A stretch of 63,041 nt of DNA from a virus (taxonomy: Duplodnaviria > Caudoviricetes): positions 1 through 63,041 of IMG/VR virus record IMGVR_UViG_3300042509_001342, one strand, 5' to 3'. The number at the start of each line of letters is the position of its first letter. Position 1 is the first letter of the stretch. Position numbers and translations under genes: made by a program. This document shows, one piece after another, positions 8,729 to 18,431 of the stretch. Below the pieces are notes generated by a model that made no database searches, had not been told where the DNA came from, and saw nothing but the letters and a program-made list of their open reading frames with translations.

Positions 8729-9130
8729 TCAGTTGGAGTCGTAAGCCTTCTTCACGGCATCCTGAACGGACGCTTCGTGGTCAGCTTCGTAGGTCTTCTT
8801 CGCGTATCGACCTGCCTTCCGCTCCGACTTGGCCGCAGCAATCGTGGCCTTCTTTTCCCGGCGGGCGTCCTTCCGGGTGGCATGGACACCGAGAGGCGGG
8901 GCAACGGGGCCGCCGACCGTAACGCTCTCGCTGACCACAACATCACCGGGGACATCGACCGTGACTGACTCGCGGACCTCGACGCCGGGAGCAACAATAA
9001 CGTCCTGCTCGACGGTCACCGCAGCCGGGGTGGCCTTCTTGGTGCCGTGGCAGTTGCCAGCCTCGACGGCACCGGCAAAGGCGAGACCGAGGACAAACGA
9101 GACCGAAAGGATGACGTACTTGTTCTTCAT
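8729..9130 (-). CDS. Secreted protein with signal peptide
   Basis: MKNK + hydrophobic core + VEA cleavage-like site; basic C-terminus. Confidence 0.7.
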   Translation of the reverse strand: MKNKYVILSVSFVLGLAFAGAVEAGNCHGTKKATPAAVTVEQDVIVAPGVEVRESVTVDVPGDVVVSESVTVGGPVAPPLGVHATRKDARREKKATIAAAKSERKAGRYAKKTYEADHEASVQDAVKKAYDSN

Positions 9131-9152
9131 GGCTACCTCTTGGGGCTAGGGA

Positions 9153-9617
9153 CTATCGAAAGGTCTGGGTCCAGTAGGGCTGTCCACGATTGCTGTAGGC
9201 CACGCCAACACCAATCTGGGAATAACGCTGGCTGAGAATGTTGGCTCTGTGGCCTCGGGAATTCATCCAGTCTCGCTGGACTTCGTAAGGGGTCTTCTGG
9301 TTGTAGGCCACGTTTTCACCGTAGCCCATCCTGCTGTGATACATCCTGTTTCGATATGCCTGATGGCGACTCCAATGCTTGGCCGCTGCCATCAAGGTCG
9401 GATCAGGTTTCAACGGCCGAAGACCCCTTTGGGTGCGTTCGGCGTTGACTAGATTGATCACCTCCATCTCGTATGGGTTGCCCAAGCTCGGGGGCTTGGT
9501 GGGTTTTTTGGGTACTGGGCAGCAAGTCTGGCTCTGTTCGATGATCGGGGTCACTACCGCCACGGTCATCGTGAGGGCATAAACCACAAGGACGATTCCG
9601 GCAGACCATCTCGACAT
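9153..9617 (-). CDS. CAP/SCP-domain protein with N-terminal signal/TM segment
   Basis: VNAERTQRGLRPL, HS, GENVA, WMNSRGHRANIL, IGVGVA, YWTQTF are canonical CAP motifs. Confidence 0.9.
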   Translation of the reverse strand: MSRWSAGIVLVVYALTMTVAVVTPIIEQSQTCCPVPKKPTKPPSLGNPYEMEVINLVNAERTQRGLRPLKPDPTLMAAAKHWSRHQAYRNRMYHSRMGYGENVAYNQKTPYEVQRDWMNSRGHRANILSQRYSQIGVGVAYSNRGQPYWTQTFR

Positions 9618-9618
9618 C

Positions 9619-9918
9619 TCATGCTCGTTTCGCTGCTTGAACGACCTTCTGTGAGATGGAAGCCTTGGGGTCTTCGTTCTGGCCGGTCACCAAGTTGATG
9701 ATCAGGTCCTTGCAGATTTCAGAAGCTTTGTCGTGACCCTTGGCCTGAAGCTTGTCGTTCAAGGTCAGGAGGTCCCAGACAACTCTTTTCTGGAAGTCAC
9801 CCACGCCCGGAGCCCCGGGCCTGAGGTAGCTGACAATCAGGGTCTTGATGACCGGGGCCAGTAACAGCAAAACCCCAACACAAAGGATGAGGTTCTGCTG
9901 CGTCAAAAAGGATGACAT
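9619..9918 (-). CDS. Single-TM membrane protein
   Basis: LILCVGVLLLLAPVIKTLIV hydrophobic segment. Confidence 0.65.
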   Translation of the reverse strand: MSSFLTQQNLILCVGVLLLLAPVIKTLIVSYLRPGAPGVGDFQKRVVWDLLTLNDKLQAKGHDKASEICKDLIINLVTGQNEDPKASISQKVVQAAKRA

Positions 9919-9932
9919 GAACGATCTTTCAA

Positions 9933-10553
9933 TCAGGGATTGGTGTCATCGTCGGCGTCGGTGTCGGCATCGTCATCGACCGGCTCTTCACCGGGGAGGA
10001 ACCGAGGGGCGGGCCAGACCGTGCCAGCACCAGCAACCGGGGCAACGGCACTGAAGTAGCTCGTACCCACCAAGGCCCGAACCCTGCCGTTGGCAACCGG
10101 AGCGATGGCGACACCGAGGCCGGAACCGGCCACGGCGTTTCCACCGGCACCGACACCAAGCTTGTCACCACGGGCCGGGGTGGCGGCGGTCGTGATGGCG
10201 GTCGGGCCGTTCACCACAACCCAGCACACATCGTCAACCTTGCAGCCCGAGGTCGGCAGGTACTCGTCCACGACACCAACCTGAAGGTCAGTGGCAGTGG
10301 CAAGACCAATCGCCTCTTCCACGGAGAAGGCAACAAGCTGGCCCGGGAGCAGGGTGGCACTCGTCCGGTTACGGAGGGCAATACACCGAACGCTGCGATT
10401 GGTAAGGTTCAGGCCGTTGCGGGGCTCAACGTCCGTGAAAACCTTCTCGACACCAACCACGTTCTTGAACGGGTATTCCTGAAAGGTTACAGCCTTTCCA
10501 CCACCAAGCGTGTGGCCTCGGCCGAACTGGGGATCAGCAGTGAGAGTACTCAT
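9933..10553 (-). CDS. Putative capsid decoration/cement protein
   Basis: Immediately after the capsid gene; CWVVVNGP and G/A-rich beta motifs. Confidence 0.55.
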   Translation of the reverse strand: MSTLTADPQFGRGHTLGGGKAVTFQEYPFKNVVGVEKVFTDVEPRNGLNLTNRSVRCIALRNRTSATLLPGQLVAFSVEEAIGLATATDLQVGVVDEYLPTSGCKVDDVCWVVVNGPTAITTAATPARGDKLGVGAGGNAVAGSGLGVAIAPVANGRVRALVGTSYFSAVAPVAGAGTVWPAPRFLPGEEPVDDDADTDADDDTNP

Positions 10554-10583
10554 CTGTCTTTATTCCTTGCTTGGGGGTTGGAC

Positions 10584-11711
10584 TTAGGCGATGGCCTGAA
10601 GCTTGAAGAAGTTTCTCGGGGACTTGAACTTAAGGTTTGCCAAGACGGACACGACATAACGATAAGACTGCAGCTCTTCGTTATAGAACGGACCCTCGGC
10701 AGTCATCAGGGTTCCCTCCATGCAACGGAGTTCCATGTTGGCGATGGAAAGGCCGTATCCACAGCCAGCGGGAACCGCGTACTCCGTCGAGATATCCACC
10801 CCGTCCTGCTGGAATACATCCTTGAATCCGTAGGCGCGAAGCCCCTGATTCGGCTGGGCAAGGATTCGCTCCTTGGAGTCCAGCTTGTTCATGTAGTCGA
10901 TGTAGAGCTTGCGGTCGAGCAACACCATGTCGATCTCCGACTCCTTGGTGTCGTTCCGCTTGGCCTGCTGCAAGCCCTCACGGGTGGCAACAATGCAGTT
11001 GTCAGCCCAAGTGTTGCTCGTCCCACCCTTGAAGTAGGTCGAGGTGTAGTTCACCACCACAGGGCTGTAGAAGTCATATTCAGGATCGGCCACGCCATTC
11101 GGCCACACACCCTGAAGCTGGGAGCCAGCCACTGCACCGAGGCCCGTGTTGACACCAGCGTAAACGTCAGCGGGCCAGCCGAAGGGGTCAGCGGCACCGG
11201 CAACACCGGGAGCCCGACGAGTGCCATCGGTGATGTTCACAGTGCCGTCAACGGCAAGGAACGACTCAAGCCCATGGAACCGAAGCTCGTTCCCGGCCAA
11301 GTTGCCGTCGATGTAAATTTCCTTGCTCAGGTGCTGCTCCATCGACTCTTGGAGCCGGGACGCCATCTTGCCAGCGACATTGATCAACGCCTGCTGTCCA
11401 CGGTTCTCAAGCATCTCCTTCTTGTAGATGCTGTCCGTAACCTGATAGCCACGGTACGGAAGCTCGGCATCGACCCACAGGTTCTGCCTTGCGAAGACCC
11501 GAGGAGTCTCTCCATTGTTTCCAGAAACGGGCTGGTTGCGGTACCTGATCTGCCAATTCAGACCGCGGCCTCCCTGATTCATCACGACATTGCCACTGCC
11601 CTCAAGGGCTGCGAACACCTTGAACTTGCGGAAGGTGTTCAACTCCTCTTCCCTGAGGTAGTTGATAATGGTTGTCCCAATGGAACGAGCCCAATCAGTC
11701 GAGCTTGGCAT
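10584..11711 (-). CDS. Major capsid protein
   Basis: 375 aa after scaffold; LSKEIYIDG...FHGLES HK97-fold-like motif. Confidence 0.8.
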   Translation of the reverse strand: MPSSTDWARSIGTTIINYLREEELNTFRKFKVFAALEGSGNVVMNQGGRGLNWQIRYRNQPVSGNNGETPRVFARQNLWVDAELPYRGYQVTDSIYKKEMLENRGQQALINVAGKMASRLQESMEQHLSKEIYIDGNLAGNELRFHGLESFLAVDGTVNITDGTRRAPGVAGAADPFGWPADVYAGVNTGLGAVAGSQLQGVWPNGVADPEYDFYSPVVVNYTSTYFKGGTSNTWADNCIVATREGLQQAKRNDTKESEIDMVLLDRKLYIDYMNKLDSKERILAQPNQGLRAYGFKDVFQQDGVDISTEYAVPAGCGYGLSIANMELRCMEGTLMTAEGPFYNEELQSYRYVVSVLANLKFKSPRNFFKLQAIA

Positions 11712-11724
11712 TGTCTCTTACCTT

Positions 11725-12834
11725 TCAGATCAGCCCTTTGTCGCCTGCCTCTGCAAGAAGCATCTGCTCAAAGGAGAGTTTTTGTTTCGGGGCCCTAGGG
11801 TCGTTCGTTGTAGTACCTGCTGAGCGGCTCGGGTTTCTGGCGGCCTCTCGTCGCAGGTACTCCATGTTTTGTCTTGCAAGGTCAGCTTGCGGCTGGGCTT
11901 GAGGTGGTTCCGGCTGCTGCGGCTGTTCGGCCGGTTGCTGCTGGTATCCCTGAGGCGGCTGCTGGTACTGAGCTTGCTGGGGTTGTCGTTGCTGTTGATC
12001 GAAGTACTGGACCAAAAGTTCGCGTTCGACAGCCTTGACGGCGTGATCCCAACGCTTCTTTGGGTCCTGAATACCTAGGTCTCTTGCTTCTTCGATATAT
12101 TTATGTACGAGGAAACCCTCTGGCGTGACCTGCCCTGTTTCAGAATCGAAAAGCCAGTCGGCATTCTCTTTCTCCAAAGAGCTGACGTACTGCTCGTTAT
12201 CCCTGTTTTTCAGGGTCTCTTCGACAATCTGCTGAGCCTGCTTGGATGCCAAGTCTTGGACCATGGGGCCGAGAGCGGCTTCGGGGTCCGACAAGAATTT
12301 CTTGGCAAAGTCAGCGCGGTACTGCTGGTACTCTTCCAAGGCATAGCGGGCGTCGAGGGGAGCGTCGGGCGAGATCACCTCCCGGCCAGCCTCATCCTTG
12401 GTCAGGTACCGCTTGTAGACTTCCTTGACCTCGGGCGGGTTCCACCAAGACTTTTGGGCGGCAGGCTGGTTTTGTTGCAGTTGCTGGGCCTGAGCGGCTT
12501 GCGGTGACTGGCTCGGCGTATTCCTATTGCCCTGCCTCCAAGCATCGAATTCTCTCTTATTTGCAAGGTACTCCTGAGCGTAGGGGAGGACCTGCTGGTA
12601 CTGGGCGAGATGCCGAGAGGCGGCCTTCTCCCGCTCCATGGCCTGATACAGACGGCCCGCGATGGCCCGGTCATCTTGGCCTTGGAACTCGGGAAGAGAC
12701 TTGAACCGATCCCAGTAGTTCTCGACTTGCTGGGCTTCTGCTTGCGGCTGCTCGTAACCGGACTCCACTTCCGGCTGGGACGAGGAATCGACAGTCTCTT
12801 GGGAGTCAACTGGGTCGATTGAATCTTCGGTCAT
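11725..12834 (-). CDS. Putative scaffolding protein
   Basis: Acidic, Q-rich helical protein upstream of the capsid gene; strong AAGGAGG RBS. Confidence 0.65.
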   Translation of the reverse strand: MTEDSIDPVDSQETVDSSSQPEVESGYEQPQAEAQQVENYWDRFKSLPEFQGQDDRAIAGRLYQAMEREKAASRHLAQYQQVLPYAQEYLANKREFDAWRQGNRNTPSQSPQAAQAQQLQQNQPAAQKSWWNPPEVKEVYKRYLTKDEAGREVISPDAPLDARYALEEYQQYRADFAKKFLSDPEAALGPMVQDLASKQAQQIVEETLKNRDNEQYVSSLEKENADWLFDSETGQVTPEGFLVHKYIEEARDLGIQDPKKRWDHAVKAVERELLVQYFDQQQRQPQQAQYQQPPQGYQQQPAEQPQQPEPPQAQPQADLARQNMEYLRREAARNPSRSAGTTTNDPRAPKQKLSFEQMLLAEAGDKGLI

Positions 12835-12888
12835 GGCAACGCCTCCTTGGGGGTGTCAAGGAGTTGTCACGCGAGATTCTTTGGGCCG

Positions 12889-12900
12889 CAACGGTCATTC
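12889..12900 (-). promoter_or_regulatory. Motif B copy upstream of scaffold-capsid operon
   Basis: Exact CAACGGTCATTC on + strand. Confidence 0.55.
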
Positions 12901-14380
12901 AGTTGCCAGACCAACCAGCATTTGGATTGGCGGCCGGGTGAGTTTCGCCTTCGTGAGTTGCCTTGTTGGCCTTACGAAGAAGCTGCCGTGCGTTCTGCTG
13001 GGATTGTTCCTGCTCTTGCATACGTTTGTGGAACTCAGAGTTGGACTCTTTGGATTCTTTCTGGTCCATCAACTTCATGGCGTTCTTGCCAGCGTTTTTC
13101 CAGTAGTCCCAGTTGCTCTGGCTTTCTTTCTGGTCTTCGGCTGGCATCAGGCCGCCGAGGCCGCCCATGACTCCGACGTTCTCGGCCCCCTCCTGTAGAA
13201 GTTCGCCCTTTGTTCCTTTAAGCAAATTGCCCAAGGTAAAAGCCGCTTTGCCGTTTCGGAGCAGAGAGACTCCTGCCGACAGCGGGATGGTGGGGTCGAG
13301 CAGGGACGAGCCCACCGTGGTGGCGAAACTCCCAAGTTGGCTGGGAAGCTCTCCGGTTTTCTGCCGGTAGTAGTCATCGCCGCTGATGTTCCCTGATTTT
13401 TCGTAGGCCCGCTGAAGGTCTCTGATGGCCCGGATTCGGCCTTCGGGTGTGTTCTGGGCGTAGCTCGGGACTCGCGGACTGTGGTTCATAAACTGGGCGG
13501 CTCTTGGCTTGTCGCCCATGGAATCCCGCAGGGCCTGACCGCCGTGCTGCCAGAGGTTCTTGAAAAAGTCCACTGCCGGGGTGACCACTGGGACGTAGCT
13601 GCCAGCATCATTCCCCTCGGCGGCAGTCATCGTCACCTGATTGGCGAAGTCCTCGGTTGGCGAGAACACCTGAGTGTTGAGCCAGCCAAGGGTGCTTTCC
13701 GGGTTGACGAAGTAGGTGGCCGAAGCATCGTCGGTTGTGTAACGCTTGAAGTTGGCATTCCCAACCGGGGACCAGTACCGCTCTTGGGAGTTCTTGGCAC
13801 CATCGCCCCTTCGGTACCAATACAAGGCTTCGTCAATCTTCTTCTGGGCTTGGTCTTGCTGCGAGGGCTCGGTTCCTCCACCCCAAGCAGAAACGCTCTT
13901 TGGGACTTCTGCGATCTTCTCCCGGTCCAAGATGTCATTCAGGTACTGCCGGTCACGGAGCCGCTGGTGGGCGACACGGTCTCCGGGGGAAAGCTCGTAG
14001 GGGAGCTTCTCTCTGCCGAGGGCCCGTTCTTCTTGTTCTGTCCAGCCGGGCCCGGTCCAGCCTTCCCACATCTTGTGCCGAATCTCTTCGGCTGGCCTAC
14101 CGAACACCTCGCCGCCTTGGGGAAGCTCGACTTCGTGGTCACCAATGGTCCCCAGTGCCTGCCAGTTTTCCTTGGATACTTCCGGGGATTCGTGGTTATA
14201 GGGCGACCCCGGGATGTACATATTCCCCGTGTACAGGTGGTTGGCGATGTGCCCGATCTGATCGGGGGTGTGCCCAAGGCCAGCCTGCGAAGAGAGCCTG
14301 CCGAGGACTTCCCGGAGTTCCTCCATGCCGTCGCTCTTGGTTTCGCTCGGCTTCAAGCCCAGTGAGTCAAACCATGGCAT
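12899..14380 (-). CDS. Hypothetical protein, possible internal virion protein
   Basis: 493-aa ORF; no recognised motif. Confidence 0.7.
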   Translation of the reverse strand: MPWFDSLGLKPSETKSDGMEELREVLGRLSSQAGLGHTPDQIGHIANHLYTGNMYIPGSPYNHESPEVSKENWQALGTIGDHEVELPQGGEVFGRPAEEIRHKMWEGWTGPGWTEQEERALGREKLPYELSPGDRVAHQRLRDRQYLNDILDREKIAEVPKSVSAWGGGTEPSQQDQAQKKIDEALYWYRRGDGAKNSQERYWSPVGNANFKRYTTDDASATYFVNPESTLGWLNTQVFSPTEDFANQVTMTAAEGNDAGSYVPVVTPAVDFFKNLWQHGGQALRDSMGDKPRAAQFMNHSPRVPSYAQNTPEGRIRAIRDLQRAYEKSGNISGDDYYRQKTGELPSQLGSFATTVGSSLLDPTIPLSAGVSLLRNGKAAFTLGNLLKGTKGELLQEGAENVGVMGGLGGLMPAEDQKESQSNWDYWKNAGKNAMKLMDQKESKESNSEFHKRMQEQEQSQQNARQLLRKANKATHEGETHPAANPNAGWSGN

Positions 14381-15494
14381 CGGCCTCTCCTTGCTTCCTG
14401 TCGTTCAACGCACTCTTGAAGAAATTGGGGACGATGATTTTCTTTTCTTGGGATGTGCCCCTCGGGAACGTGTCCCTGTGAATCTGCTGCAGCTTGTGCC
14501 AGAGGCGGGCTGGCTGTCCTGCCCGCGGGCCGTGCTGCATGATCGGATCGGGCTGGAACATCTCGCCTTTGGTTCCGAACGCTGGCTTGTTAGTGAGGAT
14601 TTGCTGGAGAAAGCGGACGTTTTCCTCCGGGGTTCTGGTGAGCTTCCCGGTCAAGCCGTAGTTCAGAGCCTTGAGTTCAGCGAAATGGGCTTCAAGTTCT
14701 TCCCACCTTCCCCCGTGTTCCAGATCGAAGGCGTACTCTCTGGCTTGGTCTGGGTCCGAGAAGTACTGCTTGGCTTTTGCAAGATTCGCTTCCCAAGGCA
14801 CCTTCCCGCCAAACATCTGATTGGTTGGGCGTTCTGGAAAAGGATGGGTCATCAAGTGCGTGGCTTCGTGAAACTTAACGGCCTCAGGGCCATAGTCTTG
14901 AAACCTTGGGTTCTGCTGGTTCATGTACATCCAGTTGGCGTACGGATGAGCAAAACCCACAGAGTCCATGTGGGCGTCGGGCCCCCCGTTCGCAACGACA
15001 ACGTGGATGGGCTGTTCAGAAGCTTTCAGTACGCCGCCTAGGGACTTCCTGCTGATGCTGTTTTCGTTGTCGGCCGGGAAGTTCTTCTCGGCATCGACCA
15101 AGGCATCCATCATGTTGCCCCACTGGTCGCCGTAGCCGATTTCTTTTTTGATTTGGCCGGGGGTTGTCCGCTCTATGGTTACGTCCCGGGGTGGCTCGTT
15201 TCTTGAGTGAACAAAGCCCTTCACGGGGTAAGGGCCGGGGCCGCCATGAGCCATCTTGGCATGGTCATGGATGGCATCCATGTGCTTGGTCAGGTCTTGC
15301 TTCGCGGTATCAAAATAAGTATTGGCCGGAACGCCTCGCTGCTCCTCTAGTAGAAGCTGGGCCGTACGGGCAACGATCTCTTTTTTGGATACGTTTGGGT
15401 CCGGGGGCTTCCGCTGCGAGGCAATCTGCTTGCCAAGGGCCTCGGCTTTCTTTTGCCAAGGACTGAGCGGAACACCAATTGGTACTTTGGCCAT
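14367..15494 (-). CDS. Putative zincin-like metallopeptidase, possible virion protein
   Basis: FHEATH (HExxH) with a downstream ELEA. Confidence 0.55.
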   Translation of the reverse strand: MAKVPIGVPLSPWQKKAEALGKQIASQRKPPDPNVSKKEIVARTAQLLLEEQRGVPANTYFDTAKQDLTKHMDAIHDHAKMAHGGPGPYPVKGFVHSRNEPPRDVTIERTTPGQIKKEIGYGDQWGNMMDALVDAEKNFPADNENSISRKSLGGVLKASEQPIHVVVANGGPDAHMDSVGFAHPYANWMYMNQQNPRFQDYGPEAVKFHEATHLMTHPFPERPTNQMFGGKVPWEANLAKAKQYFSDPDQAREYAFDLEHGGRWEELEAHFAELKALNYGLTGKLTRTPEENVRFLQQILTNKPAFGTKGEMFQPDPIMQHGPRAGQPARLWHKLQQIHRDTFPRGTSQEKKIIVPNFFKSALNDRKQGEADAMV

Positions 15495-17260
15495 TACTTT
15501 TTCTCCTGCTGGTCGAGCAGCAGTGGCAACAGGGACATAATCGGCAGGCCCTTTTCCAGAGCTTGCCGAACTGCCGTTGGTGAAGGCGTGATGGTCCAGC
15601 CGGGGGCGTCAGCGTTCAGCTTGTTACGAAGGTCTCGCTGGCTAACGACACCGGGCTGCACACCTCGCTGCCCCATCTCTTGCATGAGTCTGTCGTACTG
15701 AATGGCCTGCATGGCGGCATTTCTAAAATCTTCCCCTAGGTCTCCGCGACTGACAGCGTATTCAAGGCCTCGCTGCGAGCTGCCGTTTGTCAAAATGTTG
15801 TAAACAGCCCGGTCTGCAAGCGGGATTCTCCTTAGGCCGTCTTCTAGGAGGCCGTCATAGCGTGAGTGGTCTTCGCCAGTCCATGCACCCTCGTCATCAA
15901 AGTCCAGCAAGCCCTCAAGCGATTGCGACCTAGCTTCGTCTTCTCTGGCGGCGATCAGCTCTTCTAGGTCATAGGCGCGTTCTTTCATAAAATCTTTCCG
16001 CTCACGATCAGCCGCCCTGTTGCTTATGGCAGAGACTACTGGCTCTGGCATGGGCTCCGGGACAGCTCGCGTGACAACCTTGGCCCCGTCAGGGTGCAGG
16101 CCCTTGAAAATCTTCTGGAGCCTGCGGACGAGGTCAGTGTTGAATGCTGTGGCCGCTTCTGCTGCGTCAGCTTCGTTGCCGTGGGTACTCTTCCCAAAGC
16201 CTTCAACATCCACCATCTGCTTGCCAGTGGGAATGGTGATGGGCTTGCCGCCGCCATTGATGGACTGCAAGGCGATGTGCCTTGCCATGAGGTTCTTCCA
16301 GTTGCCGTCTTTCACGAATGGCGAGGTGGAGGAGGTTGCTGGTCCCGTAAATTGGTGCATACCTTCGGGCGTTATGTCCAGCAGGAAGCGGCCTTGGCTG
16401 GTCCTGACGATTTCGTTTTCTTCCTCCAACAGCCCGTCAAGATGAAAGCGCAAGTCAGACTCGCGCTCTTTCGACAGCGGCTGGCCATCGTTCATTTCTG
16501 CCAAAACGTCCGCTCTGGCCCGGTGGTTTTCTTCTAGGCGTCGGTTGAGCGCGGACATATCGTCCGAGCCGTGCTTTATTTTGCTGTAGTTCTGCCCAGC
16601 GTCCGACTGAATGTTCTGGACGGCGATCCGGTCTGGGTACTCGTTGTACCGGGCCCAGTAGTCGGCTTGGTGGGCGTCGATGGCTCCGGTTTCGCTATCG
16701 GCCGCCCCTGAAACCATCCTTCTGCCAGTCGCCCTGTTCTTGGGGTCCTCAAGCAGGACTTCCCGGTACCCGGCGAAGTCGCCGCTCTTCCCGGGGACGG
16801 TGTATTCGTGGTACCGGGTCGAGTTGCTGGCGGTGCTTGTGTCGAAGGGGGCCCGGATGTTTGGGGCATACTGCGGAACAGGAAGCCCAAGCTCGACTTG
16901 TTCATCGTAGGTCAGCGGGGACTCCTCGGCTGGATACCCGTTTTCGCCTACCTGCTGCTCGACCCGCTTCAGCTTCCCAAGGGGCCCTTCTGTTCTGAGA
17001 TGGGCCAGAACATCGGCAGCACTGACCGGCTTGCCTTGGTTCTTGGCAACAAAGTCATCCATCCCGGCATACTCTAGCTCTAGGGGTTTGGCACCACCTT
17101 TGAGCAAGGCATTCTTCAGGGATTGAGCCTTGATGGTTGCCGGGAGCTTCTCGGCGGCCTGCTCAGCCTCCGAGATGAACCTTGCCTGTTTAGGCGCAGG
17201 AAGATAGCCAGCCGGTTTCCACTGTGGGGCAAGCGGAACACCAATCGGGGGCCGGGCCAT
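15494..17260 (-). CDS. Large hypothetical protein resembling a domain of phage internal/polyvalent proteins
   Basis: YTVPG...YREVLL...IQSD motif series. Confidence 0.6.
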   Translation of the reverse strand: MARPPIGVPLAPQWKPAGYLPAPKQARFISEAEQAAEKLPATIKAQSLKNALLKGGAKPLELEYAGMDDFVAKNQGKPVSAADVLAHLRTEGPLGKLKRVEQQVGENGYPAEESPLTYDEQVELGLPVPQYAPNIRAPFDTSTASNSTRYHEYTVPGKSGDFAGYREVLLEDPKNRATGRRMVSGAADSETGAIDAHQADYWARYNEYPDRIAVQNIQSDAGQNYSKIKHGSDDMSALNRRLEENHRARADVLAEMNDGQPLSKERESDLRFHLDGLLEEENEIVRTSQGRFLLDITPEGMHQFTGPATSSTSPFVKDGNWKNLMARHIALQSINGGGKPITIPTGKQMVDVEGFGKSTHGNEADAAEAATAFNTDLVRRLQKIFKGLHPDGAKVVTRAVPEPMPEPVVSAISNRAADRERKDFMKERAYDLEELIAAREDEARSQSLEGLLDFDDEGAWTGEDHSRYDGLLEDGLRRIPLADRAVYNILTNGSSQRGLEYAVSRGDLGEDFRNAAMQAIQYDRLMQEMGQRGVQPGVVSQRDLRNKLNADAPGWTITPSPTAVRQALEKGLPIMSLLPLLLDQQEKK

Positions 17261-17262
17261 GG

Positions 17263-17550
17263 CTACCTCCCCATAGACTTGATGTACTGGCCGGGGCCAC
17301 CGGAGCGAGAAGGGCCCTTCTGGATGTACGGTCCCGGAACTTTCTTATTCTGGTAAGGCATCGGCCGGATGTATGCCTGAGACTTGCCAATCTCCTTCTG
17401 CTCAGTGGATTCAGGGGTGCCACGGACATACCTGTCCTTTGGGCCACCGTCGTGCTTGACGCCTTTGGCACCTTCTTGGAACACCCGCCGAAGGTCAGCA
17501 TCAGAGCTAGATGCTTTTTTGTTCTGCAGGGAACGAATGAGATCAGACAT
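17263..17550 (-). CDS. Small basic hypothetical protein
   Basis: 95 aa, first gene after a motif A copy. Confidence 0.6.
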   Translation of the reverse strand: MSDLIRSLQNKKASSSDADLRRVFQEGAKGVKHDGGPKDRYVRGTPESTEQKEIGKSQAYIRPMPYQNKKVPGPYIQKGPSRSGGPGQYIKSMGR

Positions 17551-17581
17551 AGGGCAGGCTCCCGGGAAGAGAAAGCGGCTA

Positions 17582-17597
17582 CCCTATTTATGTCCGC
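17582..17597 (-). promoter_or_regulatory. Motif A copy (GCGGACATAAATAGGG)
   Basis: Intergenic; heads the late arm. Confidence 0.55.
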
Positions 17598-17620
17598 AAA
17601 TGGCTGGCTTGGGCCGGGAG

Positions 17621-18019
17621 CTAATTCAGCCGCTCCAGCAGGCCGAGGAGCGTGGCAGCGTAATCCCCAGTACCAAAGGCCGCGTACCACACAATCGCCT
17701 CCCGCTCCGCGTCGGTGAGCGGGGGCTGGCGGTAGAGCGGGACGATTTCTCCCCCAGCGCACAGTTCTCGCATCTTCTCGGCTAGAGTGCGGCTAGCAAA
17801 CACCGAATATGAATCCGGTTGCATCACCGCCCACGCCACCGGCTCCTGTGTGTGTGCCAGTTCCGCACCGCTCCCCAGTGGGACTGAGGACTCAGGCTCT
17901 GCGGATTTCGCCGCTGGCACGGCGTCTAGAGTTGCCTTGGCCTTCTGGATGTTTGCCTTGTAGATGGAGACCGCTTCCCACCATGGCATCGGTTCCTTTG
18001 TCATTGCCTGTGTCCCCAT
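17621..18019 (-). CDS. Hypothetical phage protein
   Basis: EPVAW...IVPLY and LTDAEREAI motifs typical of small phage accessory proteins. Confidence 0.7.
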   Translation of the reverse strand: MGTQAMTKEPMPWWEAVSIYKANIQKAKATLDAVPAAKSAEPESSVPLGSGAELAHTQEPVAWAVMQPDSYSVFASRTLAEKMRELCAGGEIVPLYRQPPLTDAEREAIVWYAAFGTGDYAATLLGLLERLN

Positions 18020-18056
18020 ATACAGCGAAGTGAACTAACTCGGCCCAAAACGATGA

Positions 18057-18431
18057 TCACCCACCCCCAAACTCCCGAATCGCATCCCGCTCCAGTTCCA
18101 AATCCTGCTTATCAAAAAGCTCCTGCCACACCGCCAAAAGCTCATCTGCCGACAACCCAACATCCCCCTGAGTCTTTGAAGCAGAGTGCTTGCCTCCAGT
18201 CGGTGGGTTCACAGGTTGCTTCACAGGCCGGGCCATAGGGTTCACAGATGGGTTCACAGATTCAGTGGGAGGGTTCACAGGGTTCACAGATTTACGGGAT
18301 CGCTTGTACTGGGCTCTTTTCCCCAAGAAAGCCTTCCACTTCACAGGGTCTTGCTTGATCCGCTGGTAGTAGCTTTTGCAGTAATCACTGTTCATGGGAC
18401 TCGCCCGGGGTTCACAGGGTTCACAGGTCAT
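18057..18431 (-). CDS. Hypothetical basic protein overlapping the repeat cluster
   Basis: 124-aa ORF downstream of motif B. Confidence 0.5.
   Translation of the reverse strand: MTCEPCEPRASPMNSDYCKSYYQRIKQDPVKWKAFLGKRAQYKRSRKSVNPVNPPTESVNPSVNPMARPVKQPVNPPTGGKHSASKTQGDVGLSADELLAVWQELFDKQDLELERDAIREFGGG

Noticed and set aside
10512-11798. Long antisense ORFs (also 43135..44253, 13481..14365, 23772..24692)
   Set aside because: Shadow frames opposite well-supported genes, as expected in GC-rich DNA
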